NCBI GenBank assembly: GCA_029953675.1
Contig: JAMWBK010000009.1
Coordinates: 1,116,001-1,180,000, forward strand
Direction of reading: 5' to 3'
Length of the DNA: 64,000 bases
From: Rhodosorus marinus CCMP1338
Lineage: Eukaryota > Plantae > Rhodophyta
A program made the position numbers and the translations under genes. The notes under the pieces were generated by a model. That model ran no database searches. It was not told where the DNA came from and saw only the letters and a program-made list of their open reading frames with translations. Of the stretch, positions 24,803 through 38,313 are shown in pieces. Each line of letters begins with the position of its first letter. Position 1 is the stretch's first letter.

Positions 24803-27800
24803 CTCATTGCACTCGCCCTGTGGTCTTTTCAAAGAGTATGATCCGCATCAAGGCCAGAATCCGGCACAGTACTACTCTGTCAAAAAAGGGTACTCATTTT
24901 CCGTCTGCCCAACCAAACCTTACCCCGCAACAACAAACCACTCCCTCACCTTCAGCTGCCCACGAAAGAACCCCAGCAAGGAAGATCAAACAAAAAAAAG
25001 AAAACCAAAACCCACGCTCTCCCTTCTTCCCTCCCAAAGATTTGCGACCCTTTCCTCTTCCTTTTTGAAACAAACTCAGGTTGCTTCAAACAAAAAACCA
25101 ACAAAACAAAAAGAGATGAAAAAGGTCACGTCAATTTTAACAAAGGCCAAGGCCAAGTCCCTCTTAAACTCTCAATAGGAGCTCTTCAAAGTTACCCTTC
25201 TCATCAAAACCCCTTCCACCTCCACCCCCTTCCCCAAAAGGACTTTTGCCCTCCGTTAAACTTTACTCCGAGCACTTTAAACGGTCCGCCTCTGGACTGC
25301 AAGATTGCTTCTGTATTTTTTGGGTTTTTGAGTTCCATGTCTTCCCCGCCCCTTCTTCCCTCCCCCCCCCCCCAAAAAAACCCGACGTTTTTTTAGTAAG
25401 TTTCCTTTCTAGTTTTCGAATCCCCCAAAAATTGGTGCCAGAAAGAATCATTTTCTTGCGAAAATGCCGATTTATGGCCATGTTTAAGAAGTGTTGCGAC
25501 CCAAAAAAATCAAACCTGGGGGCGCGCTTGTAAGGAAACGAGTGGAGTTACACATCCTACTAAGACGGAAAAGACTTTTTTTTTCTCCCAAGCCCAAAAA
25601 GAGACTTGAAGGACAAAAAGAAACTTCTTTATTTACACAAAACAAAGTTAAGGCGTTTGAATCTTTGACAGATTTTAGGCAGGGGGTGGGATAAACTCAT
25701 GAGTCCAACCCCCCTTCGTAATCGAATCCAATATCCACGGCAAGAAAAATGGACTTAACTTGATCACCCCCCTAGTGACGATGGATGTCGGTAACCTATG
25801 CGGTTCAAGGTTGTTCACTTTTACGAAGGTCGTTCATCAAAGGTTTGGAGCAAAAATCAATCTCACAAACGAGCGAGCTCGGTGGGGGTACTCGCTCAGT
25901 TCAGAGAGCCTCAACGTATGCTCTGGGAAACCCCCTCGCGGGAGTCTTTTGCTGTTGGATATTCCTCCCATCGCCGCGATCACCTTGCACATACCCCGTC
26001 CGAGCTGCTTAACAAAAATCGATGTGGAACGAGGACAGGCCGAGTACCCCTCTCCAAGATTTTCATTTCTATGTGCCTAAAATGCCTGAGCGGGAACTCT
26101 TTTGTGAATGAGAGATCATTCACCTAATCGTCGATTTTTTTTCAAACGATCAGAGATGACCTACAACGTCTTTGATTTGATCCATGTCACAACCTAAAAT
26201 AAGGAAATACGAAAAAAAAATAGTACAACCCATCTTGTCCTAAAATTCGTCCTATTCAGAGGGGAAAGTTATATTCTAGTTGCTTACTTATTTTTAATCA
26301 AATACTAGACTAGCTAATTTCTTCGTACCCGAATGGGGGGAAGCTTGCGATCCAAGAGCGGTAAAAAGTGTTCTTATGAAATAATTTGAAGGCATTCTTG
26401 AATTCTTCGCGAGACAAGGCTCAGAATAGTTCTATTTACCCCGCTATTCACTTTCTGAAGGCTGACTTCGGTTTTTGTTTGTTTTTTAAGGCATATGAGA
26501 TTTTTTTAGTTGATCCAACCACCGCAGCATAGAATGCATCAATAACTGCGGAAACGAGTCGATAATTTCGGAAATTGAAAAGCACAAGTGGATGGCAAGG
26601 TGAGTAATATCGAAGAATCGGTGGTGGAGCGGGGCGGGGGGAGGGAATCTTTCACAAAGCCAATGCCAATGGACTCAAGAATAGGCGGAAACAATATCCA
26701 CACACCCTCCAAAACGCCCTCAGCCGCGGCGAGGTAGACTCTTCTTTCCATGCCAGCATTATGGACTTGCTTTTTGAAGTGCTGCCACCAATTACGTCTC
26801 CCATCGCGAACACGCGAGCTGCGAACGTAATGTGTGGAACGCCATCTGAAAAGTAACGAGCGAGGCATTCTGTTTAACCGGCGCTTTTTCCCGGAGCAAC
26901 CAAGAACAGGAATACCTCCTGGCGGCCACTCAATACTCTGCAGGTTCAGCCTGCAGACGCAACAAGCTGACGATACTCGGAATTTTACCTCGTGGTACTT
27001 AACTTGGGGAAGGCTCATACAACTACTTTACCCCGAACCGGGACCAGCTTGAGTCCCACACACTACCTCGCACTCGAATACCTGGCTAAAAGTCTCCCCG
27101 TGATCTGCTTTTTATAGACTAAACAAAGATGTATGAAAAAAAAACAATTTCTGTTAGTATTTTGATCTTCTCTATTGTTGAGAACCACCGTTGATATTCG
27201 TTCTTGACTGGGTCGCAGATCGCTCGCAAGCTCGATCGGGTTGCACGGTAACTACAAGCTTTTGCGTGGGAATTGACTACTAGACCGCGACGATTGTTAC
27301 TGGGAGGTAGTTTTAGGGGGTTGGAATTCTCAACTTCGGGCGTGTATCAACAGAGCAAGAGAGAAAGTCTGCACTGCGCTGACCTTAGCAAGGAAAGCTG
27401 CTCGGTTCCCTGCCATGACATCTTCGTACCGTCCTGGGGGGTGATTGATAGACCAAGATGAAGAGAAATAGTGAGGGTCAAGTGGATGTTCTCGCAATAG
27501 ATTTATGCACATGCTAGCTAGCACCGGAAAACGGCTGGCTGAAGTCAACGTGGTGCTTTCCCCACGGCATTTCGTACCTTTTTTTTTTTTTTTTTCGCAA
27601 ATGTCAACTTTTCTTCAGCCATCACAAGTACAGGTTCCCCTCAAGTAGTTCAGTTCTCGCCCTGAGCGGAGGAACTTGAGCTCGGACCCAACCGTGCGAT
27701 TCGACCCAAAGCCCATCCATTTTCTTCCATTCAAGCAGGCCAGATACGGAAAGAACGGGCGCAGTAGGAACCCCACGGATTTTGTGAAAAATGGCAGTAG

Positions 27801-29639
27801 CTAGCTCTGAGAATAGCGAATCTTGTTTTTACCGGGAAGGCCATTTCCATTGCCCATTAAGGGAGCTGAACATGTCCACCGCAGAGCAGCCTTCGTCCTC
27901 CAACCTCCTCCAACGCGCTAGTTGAATCCCACCTAAAACGCTCCGTTTTCAACGATTTGTGTCTTGAGGAAAGGTTTGTCATAGACCGTCTTATAACTTT
28001 TTTTCATGGATTGACTATTGAAAAGCATTAGAAAAATAGGGTATGCATATTGAAATTATTCAAAAACCAGTCAGGTTGGGGTGTTTTCGATAAAACATCG
28101 GATATTCAATCAAGAATCAATCATCATTGCACATATATTGAATTATGATTATTTATCCGAATAACAAGCTGTCACTCTTATGTATTGAATGAGGATTACT
28201 TCTGAGTTCTGCAGTCAGTCATCTACACTTCCTTCAGGTTTATTCGTAGCCTAACTACCCTGAGAAGCGCTCCAGTACTTTTTGTTCAGAACGCTCAACC
28301 AGGAAGCGGGAATGACCACGCGGGTAAACTCCAAACCGAGCTTGAGTCCAATCAAAGATCTTATTAACCACTTCTCGGAACTAGAGTCTAGACCTTTGAC
28401 GATGGCACAGTACTTTAGTGTACCCACGATCCTTCCTCTAACAGGTCCCTCGTGGAGCTGACGAACCACCCGAACCGACCCCTATCTCGAGCACTGACGT
28501 TGTACGGCAGTCGTTGTAGTCGAGCCCACGGGTAAAACGTTGTGCACCAATGTCCACTCTTCCGGGACAAACACGTCGCCAACCCACCAACTATCCTTCC
28601 GAACAGCTGGGAATTTCTTTCGTCAAAGTCAGAGACTTGTTTTTTTCATCCCTTTTTCTTCTACCCTACTACTACTTCCCCACAGCTCAGGATTTATTCC
28701 ATCGGTCCATCGGTTTAATCGGTGCCTAAGGTTCCCGGATGTGGTACTCTAGGAAGGGCGTAGAGAGCGCGCCTCTAAAACTAGGGCAGCGTTATAGCGC
28801 CAGAGAGTCAGACTTGTGACTCCCCTTTCCCTCTCGTAGGATACCCACCCGGGGTCGTTAGTTTTTTTCTAGTAAACAAGAGAGGCAGGCTCAAAGAAAC
28901 ATACAGTCGGGAAAGAGCATCAGGGCCGTTGCGCTAACACTCCCGCAACCCAGCACCACCAGCGCTGTCTACGAATCCAAAGACTTCTATAAAAAGTCGA
29001 ACAAACCAATTAGCAAGCGCAGACGGCAAAGCCTTAGCGCCTCCCTGTACCCGTACTCATGCCTCCGCATAGTACTCGCATCGGCACCCTCCATCCGCGG
29101 GAGGCTGCAGGCTGGTAAAAAGCCGCAAGGGGACAAGGGAGCGTTAGCTCCACATACCTGTTTCCTGATTCCGTTGCTATCCTCAATGACTAGATCCGAA
29201 ACTCTATTTAGTTGCTGTTCGTCGATATCCCCGATCGAACTCATCCACTGCAGCCCGCCACTACGAAACCACTAAAAACTACTGAAGTACTCTAATCGTC
29301 GGCGTTTTCGCATTTTAACACAAAAGCAATCCGGTGTCACTGTCCCGTAGAAGAAGATTGAACCTCAATCAATATCTGTTATTGATTGGAGAAATCGGAC
29401 AGGAATCGGTTGTTAATTGGACCCGCATCGGACATATTATGTGTTATTTATTTTGAATTCAGGTTCGATATTTATTGACCAAAATCGGGCAATAACGTTG
29501 TCCATTTTTTTGGATGGAAACTGGTCTTGACATTTTGTCCGGGGAGGTGGATGTGGGGATGGGGTGAGGGAAGGCTGCCTTGTTGCTTGCGAATCTGTGA
29601 ACATTGTAGGATCAGAAAGGAGTGAAAAAGAAAGGAGGC

Positions 29640-31014
29640 ATGTCGTATTGGAAATATTTACCATCTGATCTCTCTCTGGTTAGAGAGGGGATTCAGAACG
29701 TTGGAGATAAGATTGAGTCCGTTTTCGAGGTTGCCGAACCGTATTTGGAGCCTGTTCTTGAAGTGGAGAAGATGTTTCCTCATGTTTTTGAGGCTCCATC
29801 TAAATTACTTGCCTCAGCCTTCGTTAAGATGCCGCAGCAGAGTGAATATGTTGATCTTTCCGACCCGTTGTTCTCGAGAGCGTTTATTGTGATCGCGCTT
29901 TGTCCACTCATCTGGAATGTGTTGGGAAGATTGGAGTACAAAACCAAGATTCTTACGAAGATATTCTTTGGAAGGTCTGTAGTTGCTCTCACGGAGCTTC
30001 ATCAAGCCAAAAAAAGCGAGATGAAAAAAATTGAAGGCAGGGGTTCTCTTCCGTAGGTACCCTGGATGTTACGCCCTAGCAACTTGGATCTTTTGCTTTT
30101 CTCTGTTCCGTGATAAGAGTTTCATGGAAGTTCTGCGGAGCCCAAACCAGCCTGTCTGTGAACTGTTGGCGAAGGACGAGTACTTGGTAAGGTTAATAGC
30201 TCGGATAGCCCGGAAAAAACCCGTCGGATCGCGGCGACTACAGTCTCTCACCCTCGTCGACCTGATGCCTGCCTTAGGCCCTTGCGGGAGTGCTTTTTAT
30301 TTTGGGACTTGTGCTTATCGTCTCGGCGTATATCAGATTAGGAGTTGTTGGAACGTACCTGGGAGATTATTTCGGAATCCTCGTGAGTATCATCCACGCT
30401 CGAGTCTGTTGGGTTAAGCCTTAGCACACCAGACCTGACATCTGATCTGTGAAAATTTTGATCACCACTCAGTTTGAGGAGAAATTGGAAGGCTTCCCGT
30501 TCAGCGCTTCGCCGCACCCTATGTACGACGGGGCTACGATGTTATTTGCTGCTCGCGCGCTCGTGTAAGTTCTGAAAGCTTCTGGGCTCCGGGTGAACCC
30601 CCCCAGGAGTCTTAAGGAAGCTGTAATCTTTTGCTGATCTATGGCCATGGTACTTTTTGTCGTCATAGGGCGCAGAGCATGGCTGGAGTACTCCTCGCTT
30701 GCTGGGTGTACATTGTATACCGTATTGCAAGCGTTTTTGAAGAGTGAGTGCACGCCTGATCTGAGCTCTTGAGAATGAAACGTGCATTTGACATTATACC
30801 TTGACGTGTCAAGACACGCTGCTGACGTAATGTTCTTTTCTTGAATATCAGATCTTTCACCGATTTTATCTATTCGGAAAAACAGACCCACGATAGGAAG
30901 GCAACGAAGTCTACGCAGTCCGTCTCATCATCGAAGGTGAAGAGTGTCCAGAAGACCAAGTCACAGAAATCGAAGGGAACGACTTCCTCCAGCTCGAACA
31001 ACAAGAGGTCCTGA
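29640..31014 (+). CDS. PEMT: Phospholipid N-methyltransferase (PEMT/Opi3 family), about 6 exons
   Basis: PLIWNVLGRLEYKTK, LGVVGTYLGDYFGIL|FEEKLEGFPF...HPMYDGAT, and FEESFTDFIY after splicing. Confidence 0.93.
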
Positions 31015-31282
31015 TCACGTGAACTCATGAGCTGATTGCAATGGTCGGCGGCTATTCGAGTGCGACGTCCAGACAAGGGTTCGGTGGTGTACAGAATAGG
31101 ATCACTGAAGTGGTACAAGAATCTCACTCACTGTGAGAAATGTTCGGGTTCCGTTTCGTTGGAAGAAAACGGAAAAATCCCTTGCAAGCAAAATTTTTAG
31201 GATTGCCAATCTGTATTCAGCGCCCGTTCATCAGGGCAAAATCATCATTCTCTTTCAGCACAAAAGGAGCTGGAACTCCCGG

Positions 31283-34200
31283 TTATGGCCTCTTTTCAAC
31301 GCTGTTGGCGTTGTTCGGCGAGTACACACAAGCAGGCAGTGATACACTCCAAAAGCAGGATTCTCGTCCAACTACCTCTCGCGCGGTTTAATCAGGGATA
31401 GCGCGTGATTCATCAAGTTCCCGTCGTCCAATTCCTTGACACCAACCTCGCCGGCCTTGATCGTGCCCTTTAACGCGTGTGTACACTTCTCGTCTACTCA
31501 TGAGCCGACAAAGCGATGCGTAAGTAAGGCTGACCTGATGTTAGCAATATCCACAAAAACCATGGGCTTACCGCCAGTAACTACTGTCGCACCACAGTAC
31601 TTCAGCACGTAAGATAGCGGACTGAACTCATCCTAGACAGGTATAGTCAATCATTGTAAGTGCAAACTAACGGGTGTAACGGGGCGCAAATAGATGCCGC
31701 ACCTTTACACGAACAGTTATATCACGGTACGGGCTCCCAATCAAAGCCAAATCCGATTCCAATTCATTGAAGGACTCTATGCACTTCGCCAACTCTGGTA
31801 GTCTTGGTTTTCTATCACCGACCTGATTAATCACAACATGTGGTCCTTAGAGCCGTAAAGGTGGGCTGGACGACCCAGTAGAAGCCTTGCTCACCAATTC
31901 CAGGGCTACTTTCAACTCTGCCGGGGTAGTCTCCTCAACCCACGGATCACCAAACGCATCTGCTGTCCCCAGCATTTGGATTTTCAGAGCCTCGGTTGCG
32001 TACAACACGTGCTCTTGGCGAGGAGCTACGTACGTGTTGGCTTGATCACAAGCACACACCTGGCACAAGGGGAGCAACACAGAAACGCTTCTACCTTTTT
32101 AGTAGAACAGGGAACGGTCACCAGCAGGCACCTTCACGTTGAAGACCTTACCCAAGAGCTCAGGAGAACATCCCTAGGACCTCCAACTCGTCTCAAAGCA
32201 GCCGCTGATGCTTCTCCTCGCTCACTTCATTCACCCGCGGAGAGACGCACATCTTAGTGCACAGTCGAGGTAGAAACATATGAATGGATGCTCAAGTAGT
32301 TTCCTACCCATTGCATGCTGCTATCCAATTGAATACGCTGATCGCTGTCCTCGAAACCGCTATCATTGCCTTGCAAGAAGCCGTCATGTTCTGTGCAACA
32401 CTTCCACCAAGTGAATAGATCTGCTTCTCTACGGCTTGTTTCTCCGTGAGCGTCGATGCATCTCCTATGAATTCATCACAAAATAATTGCCTGCGTTGGC
32501 CCTTCGCGCTTTCCACCGGGCGTGGTGTCCTCACCATTTTGGCAAGCAACCTACCAACGACATGAAATATGAGGCCATCAAATACATGCTTTTCTCGCGC
32601 TGTCGACGACAAATCTGCAGTACTGTTATGACGGTAGTAGTCCCGATCGAAGCGTAAAATCTGTTAGGTATCGAAGCTCGTACAGCCCTCACAAAGAAAG
32701 GACCCGAAGAGGGGGTGCCGTTCCTTACACGAAGTGAGCCAACAACCTCGGAGCATTGTTGGAAGTGAGAGCGCTGCGTTTTCTCCGCTTGCGTCTGTGC
32801 TCATGTGCGATGTTGGAGACCGAATTGTATGTCCTTGATGACTGTTCTGCAGCATACTTTCTCAACTCGGACAAGGACATCGCGTCTTTCCATCCTCTGT
32901 CCGGACGCAGTCGTTTCACCCGCGGAAACCTCATCGTTACGCCACTTGGTGATTCCTCGTTGTAATTCAGGGCGTACGCTTTGATCTGGAAGGTAGACAT
33001 GGCGTGAGCACGTGCCGTGAACAAAATGTAGCCTCGATCGTATGTCCTGGTAAAGGTGCTTACCTGCAGAACCTCAGATACTCTTGGATCGATGACAACG
33101 TCAGGTACAAACATCTACGAAAGAAAGACGCAAAAAACGCGAGGAAGTTCCGGATGGTTTCTGAGAGCAGGCCTCTTTGTATTCTACGAACTGAGAAGAA
33201 TCGCGGCACTGTCGAAAACAACGGCCTCACTGTGCTGTCCGCTGGATTGGCTCCAGGTGAAGCTGGTATGAAGGATGACGTCGTTATCGACAGTGCTAGG
33301 ACTATTCCCGTTCCAACGATTGCTGTAGGTTTGCTGCTGTACCCCCGTGAGTGCTCGTTGCGAAGCAACAAAGCCTGGGGGATTCTTCGAATCAAGTGCA
33401 ATCCAGTGTTGACTAAGCCTCTCGTCCAGCGCATGCAGTTCGTCCGCAGAATATCCGCTTCCAACCCGTGTCACAAAAACGAACTTGTCGTGACGTGCAT
33501 CAACATGGGAATCATCTCTCACCCCGACAACAAAGTGCGAAACTCTACCTTTGCGAGATTTTGTGCGCGCATCTACCAAAAACACCCTAGCTGATCAGTG
33601 AAAACTCCTCAACTTGACGACAGACCCGAACTTACTTCCGTAAAATCCACCCAGAATGAGCATATCCAAATCATCGAGACCGCCTTCAAGATAGTCAGGT
33701 TTGAGCTTCACAGCCAGCTTGATGTCTCTACCGCCAAGTACATACCTAGGACAACAACGAGGAACGTGTTACTCCTTGGTATTCCTGCCCGTGCTCATCT
33801 CTGGTCCACAAAGGACTAAATTCATCCCGATCAAAGCGGAGACCATATCGGAGTTTCCAAGAGCTCGAAGGTTTTCACAACGCAGCATAAAACACAGCAC
33901 TGGAAGCCCGTGGTGAACAACTCTGGACCATCCAGTCGATTCAGCTTACTTTGCATTTGGGTTTTTGATGACAACCCCTTCGTATTTGCTGCTGATGTGC
34001 TGCTCCATGGTGGTGAAAATATCGGCAACGCTCTTCTTGTACTCACTGGGAGCTACAGATATGACGTTGCAGTCCTTTGCTATTATCTTCTCAAGCACTT
34101 GCAAGCGTTGCCTGAGGGGAAGGCTCAGAAATCGACTGGGTTCTCCACCTTTTCTCTGCAAACGTCACAGAGGGAGAATAGGGTTGTCCGAATCAGAGAA

Positions 34201-35849
34201 TAACATCCTGGGAACATTGAGCTCACTTGCGTCTCCATTGAACCCGTACCTGGTCGACGTAAAGAACGTCGAAAACGACGTACTTAACCCAAATATCCTC
34301 GGAGCGCTCAGATCCGGATACATAGCCGCGAATTCTCTCAAACTTTTCAAACGCGTTCAGACTGTTGTTCCAAAGTAGGACTTCCCCATCGAGAATGCAG
34401 TCTACTGCGAGCACTGATCGGATGGTAGCAGCTCGCAGCCAATTCCCGAACAAATGCGTTGTCTCTATCGCGTTTCTGGAAAAGCAACGAACGTCGTTCT
34501 CTACTTGGACCACCAATTGAAAACGGCGGGCATCCAATTGGTAAGCTTACGGATAGAGTGGATGGCTGCTTTCTAGAAACCAGCTGCGTTTTTCCTACCA
34601 ATCTTATGAAGCTGCAAGCGTTCCCCGTCGTACTTCGGTTCCAGGAAGAATCCGGTTGGCATTGCTTTGACAACATCCTGTAGTTGATGAGAGTCTTTCA
34701 GCCGGTGGCAGAGTAGTACCTCTGCGGGGGCACCGAGAGTCACGCAGTCCTACATAAGAGTATCAAGGCGGATCCACTGAGTCATGGTGAACATACGTGC
34801 ATCCCCTTCCGTTCTCTGACTACCTTGTGCTCAACGATGAAATCCGGGTCATGACACTCTTTGCAAACAAGAGCCAGGTTGTGTGTGCCCTTGTAATGCA
34901 TTAACGCGGACGGATGGTACCATCGCAAGACTGCCTCATACCCAATACCTAGCTTCATGTCCTTCAGAATGATCTAACGTGAATAGCCAAGTTGTAGCGC
35001 TTGAGAGTCCAGCAATTGTGAATAGGAATCGATCGACAAGCTGGCCACCTTTGTAATCCAAACGTTCTCCATATCAGTTCCCCTCTTAAGGAATTGATGC
35101 AGGATGCTTCTTCTCTCTTCTCCAGCGGAACCTCTATAGCTCACGAAGCCGCCTGCGCCGTAGACTGGTTCACATGTGAAGATTAAATGAATCCTGAGCA
35201 AATCTCGTTCGTCTGTTTTCTTTGTCTTTCAAAGGTGTGGTTGGTTTCGAAGCGAGGCAAGTTTGTACCTATTTCGCACTGATTCAGCTGGTCCAGCAGA
35301 TCGTTTACATCTTGAATACTCAGCTCACTTTTCGAGCTACATCTGCCTTCCAATACGGTTCCCAGGACAGCACAAAAGTCTCCAGCGGCAGTAACTTTCC
35401 CACCCGTCCTCGCCTGGACATTCGGATCCTTCCAACGTCTCAGGCGCTCAGCAGTGGCGCTTCCTCTTGGTAGCTAACGAGGTGATTTTCGCGGCACAGG
35501 AATCAGCATATCCTTGTCTGAAAGCTTGGCGATGCCCCTGATTGATGGTTACTCCTTCCGAGCTCACCTGCAACAGCTGTGAATACATATCACCCAGCGA
35601 CTTTTCTCTCATGCCGTACGATGCTCTCTCTTTGTCAAGCTCGGGCAGGACAAGTCTCATGACCGCGAAGCTTAGGTCAGATTCACAGCGGCTAGCAGGA
35701 GGCAGATCCGCCATCGCCCTCGAATCAACCTCGGCAATCTCGTGGAAGAACTCATCCAGGGCATGGGCTTTCCCAGCTTTGGATGTCGTTCCCACAACAT
35801 CGTTCAAGGACACGCAGAGCTGCGAGAACTGAACGGAATCAGAAGCCAT
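31283..35849 (-). CDS. LIG4: DNA ligase IV, many exons; 3' end approximate
   Basis: DBD (MRLVLPELDKERASYGMREK), active site FFLEPKYDGERLQLHK, DGEVLLWN, VFDVLY, EGVVIK, RVGSG, MRFPRVKRLR, and C-terminal BRCT-like segments (HVFDGLIFHVV; LSYVLKYCGATVV). Confidence 0.93.
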
Positions 35850-36642
35850 AATCCGCTCCCACAAAAGCAGCTTCCAGTATAACTGTCCATTTACATTACA
35901 ACTTCTTCAAAGCCCAAAAACACTGGATACACTTAGGCCGGCGCTATTGGGGGTCAACCTTTGAAGCGCCTACGCTTCCTTCTTCCAAAGCAGCTCAAGC
36001 CAGAATGGCAAAGACCACCGCATCAAGTCGACGAGTCCAAAAAGCATCCAAAAGCAGCTGCGAACCTAGTGGCCCTGAACAGCTGCCACAGGAGCTGTTC
36101 AACAGTAGGAATACACCTTTTCGAAGACGGTGGTTAAATAGCTCCAGGACCTCGCTTTCCGGAACTTGTTCATCTGAAGAACTGTGAAGAACGCTCGCGC
36201 TGGCAGGCAGAAGCATGAACAGAATCAAGGCGCAAACCTGGAAGTACCTGATGCTTCCAAGTGAGGCACTTCTGTACTGTTTTAGTCGGCATCGGCTTCA
36301 ACGAGAATACCTGGTCAGAGATCCGAGTTGCTGGGGAAACAATCTCCGGAGGTCTTTCTCAGCCAGATCAAAAAGGCAACACGTCAGTTACCTGAATTTG
36401 CTCCTCGAAGAGCACTCGAAGAGGGTGAAGTATAGACTAATCGATCGATCACTTTTTTACTATCGCTACTACAGACAAGCCTTTTGTTTCCATAGGCTGC
36501 CTCTTACTTTCTGTGTTAAACTAATCGGGTTGAACTTCTTGGGTGCTCACGAGGAAGCGGGGTTGGGTGAGAGGGTTGTGACATCGATGACCAACGGAAA
36601 CGGGAACGATAGTCGCACTTCTGGTGAACGGTTACTGGTCCC

Positions 36643-38313
36643 TTACTCTCCGCACAGGGTTGGATCGCAAACCATTTCGTACTGGTGCATGTACTCCATG
36701 GAAGACACGAGGTTCGATGTGAAAGCTTCCGCAGAAACTACAGTCTGTCCGTTACTAGCGACCATGTCCGGTGTTACATACTCCTTCAGTACAGAAAATA
36801 AGGAATCAACAACAGCGCAATTTCAGTTTAAACTCTTGACGTATTAAGTCCTTTTTGCTCCGTCTGTGTACGAGCTCGTCTTCATGCATACCTCGAGAGT
36901 CTTCATGAGAGATTTCTGGATAATGTCTGAGGCCGCAGGCTCGTCCAGAGCGTAGCGAAGCATCATGCTCGCACTTCGAATCATGGCGATCGGGTTTACG
37001 ATTGGCGAACCCGTTCCATCAGGGTATGCCGTGCTGTTGTAAATATCAGCGGGGCCACAGACATGGAGTCCATCGCGGGAGATCCAGGTTGATGGTGACA
37101 CTCTCAGGGGACCACCAAGCCCGGCCAATATCTATGACGACGTTCAGGGGCGATGGGATCTTACTAGAAATTCCTAGCTCCAGTTCTTGCTTGGACATGT
37201 GGTGTGAAAATGTCTTGGGCTTACCTCTGCGATGAAATCGCCGAACAAGTTAGAAGTTACAATGACGTCGAAGTCTTTCGGACGGAACAGAACCTCGCGA
37301 CAGAAATCATCAAGGAAAAGATCACTGAGCATGATGTCATTTCGCCCTTCGGTTTGCTTGGCGAAGTAAGCGTGCAGAGCGTTCCGCCAAAAGGCGGAGA
37401 CATGAAGCGCATACGCTTTGTCTACGTTTACGACATTACCACTTCGAGCTTCCGCAACTTGGAGAGCAACGTTCGAGATTCTCTCGACCTTCGATCAAGG
37501 AGTTAGAGAATGCCCTAAGAACTGGGATTCGGTGGATGTCCAGAAAACTTCTCAACTGACTAAAATTCTTACCTGGCCACGAGAGTAATGCATCGTAGTC
37601 TCGCCGAAGTCGGCCTAAGGAAGCGAAAAGAAGTATAATGTGAGAATCGCACGTTGATTCCTTCCGTGCCAGCTGAGAAACGGTATGACCTACATTTTCG
37701 TTTAACGATTTTATGTCCTCCCCAGTCAGGGCACCACCGGAAACTTCCCGGACCAGCATCAGGTCCACCCCCTCCACGTGATCATTCTTGAAGCTAGAAA
37801 GGTCCAAAAGCTGAGGATAGACAGTAACGGGTCGCAGCTGGGCAAACAATTCAAATTCATCGCGGAGCTGGACGTGCGCGCTATTTTCGCCTGCCCGAGA
37901 AAGACCTACAATTTGGGCACATACGCTAAATTAGAACCTTTCAAGACGGTTCAAAACGAAACCCTCGCTCTCTCACCTTGTGGGGCACGAAGAACAGCAT
38001 CTGAAGCCTTGCAAGCTTCTACCGATTCCTTCGGCAACAAGTTGTCTCCATTTCCTCCGAACTCCACTTCATCGAACTTAAAATAAAGATCAGCGTATTG
38101 CCCGAGCGCTTCCAAAACACTCTGGGTCATTTCTGCGACCTTTGGGCCGGCTCCATCTCCTTTTAGGATGGCAATCGAGTACGGATCAGATTTCGTCCCC
38201 TTATCAACAGCAATAGCACACCTCGCCGAGCCAGCTCCGCTCCTCAACCCGGCACGCCCAGGACGGGCCAAGCCACCGCCCAAGCTCAATCCGCCAACAA
38301 ACCCAATCATCAT
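36643..38313 (-). CDS. Plastid-targeted isopropylmalate dehydrogenase (LeuB)-like protein with degenerate catalytic and NAD-binding sites, about 6 exons
   Basis: IAILKGDGAGP, LFAQLRP, GVDLMLVRE, VDKA, FDVIVTSNLFGD and NPIAMIRSASMMLRY. Last exon 36783-36643 is EYVTPDM...VCDPTLCGE*. Confidence 0.85.

Noticed and set aside
28440-28500. SVLEIGVGSGG SAM-binding motif I on the minus strand
   Set aside because: The frame stops within 8 codons and no downstream methyltransferase motifs are in frame.
36215-36847. 210-aa plus-strand ORF as a single gene
   Set aside because: Its 3' part is antisense to the last IPMDH-like exon (36643-36783) and it has no recognisable domain.
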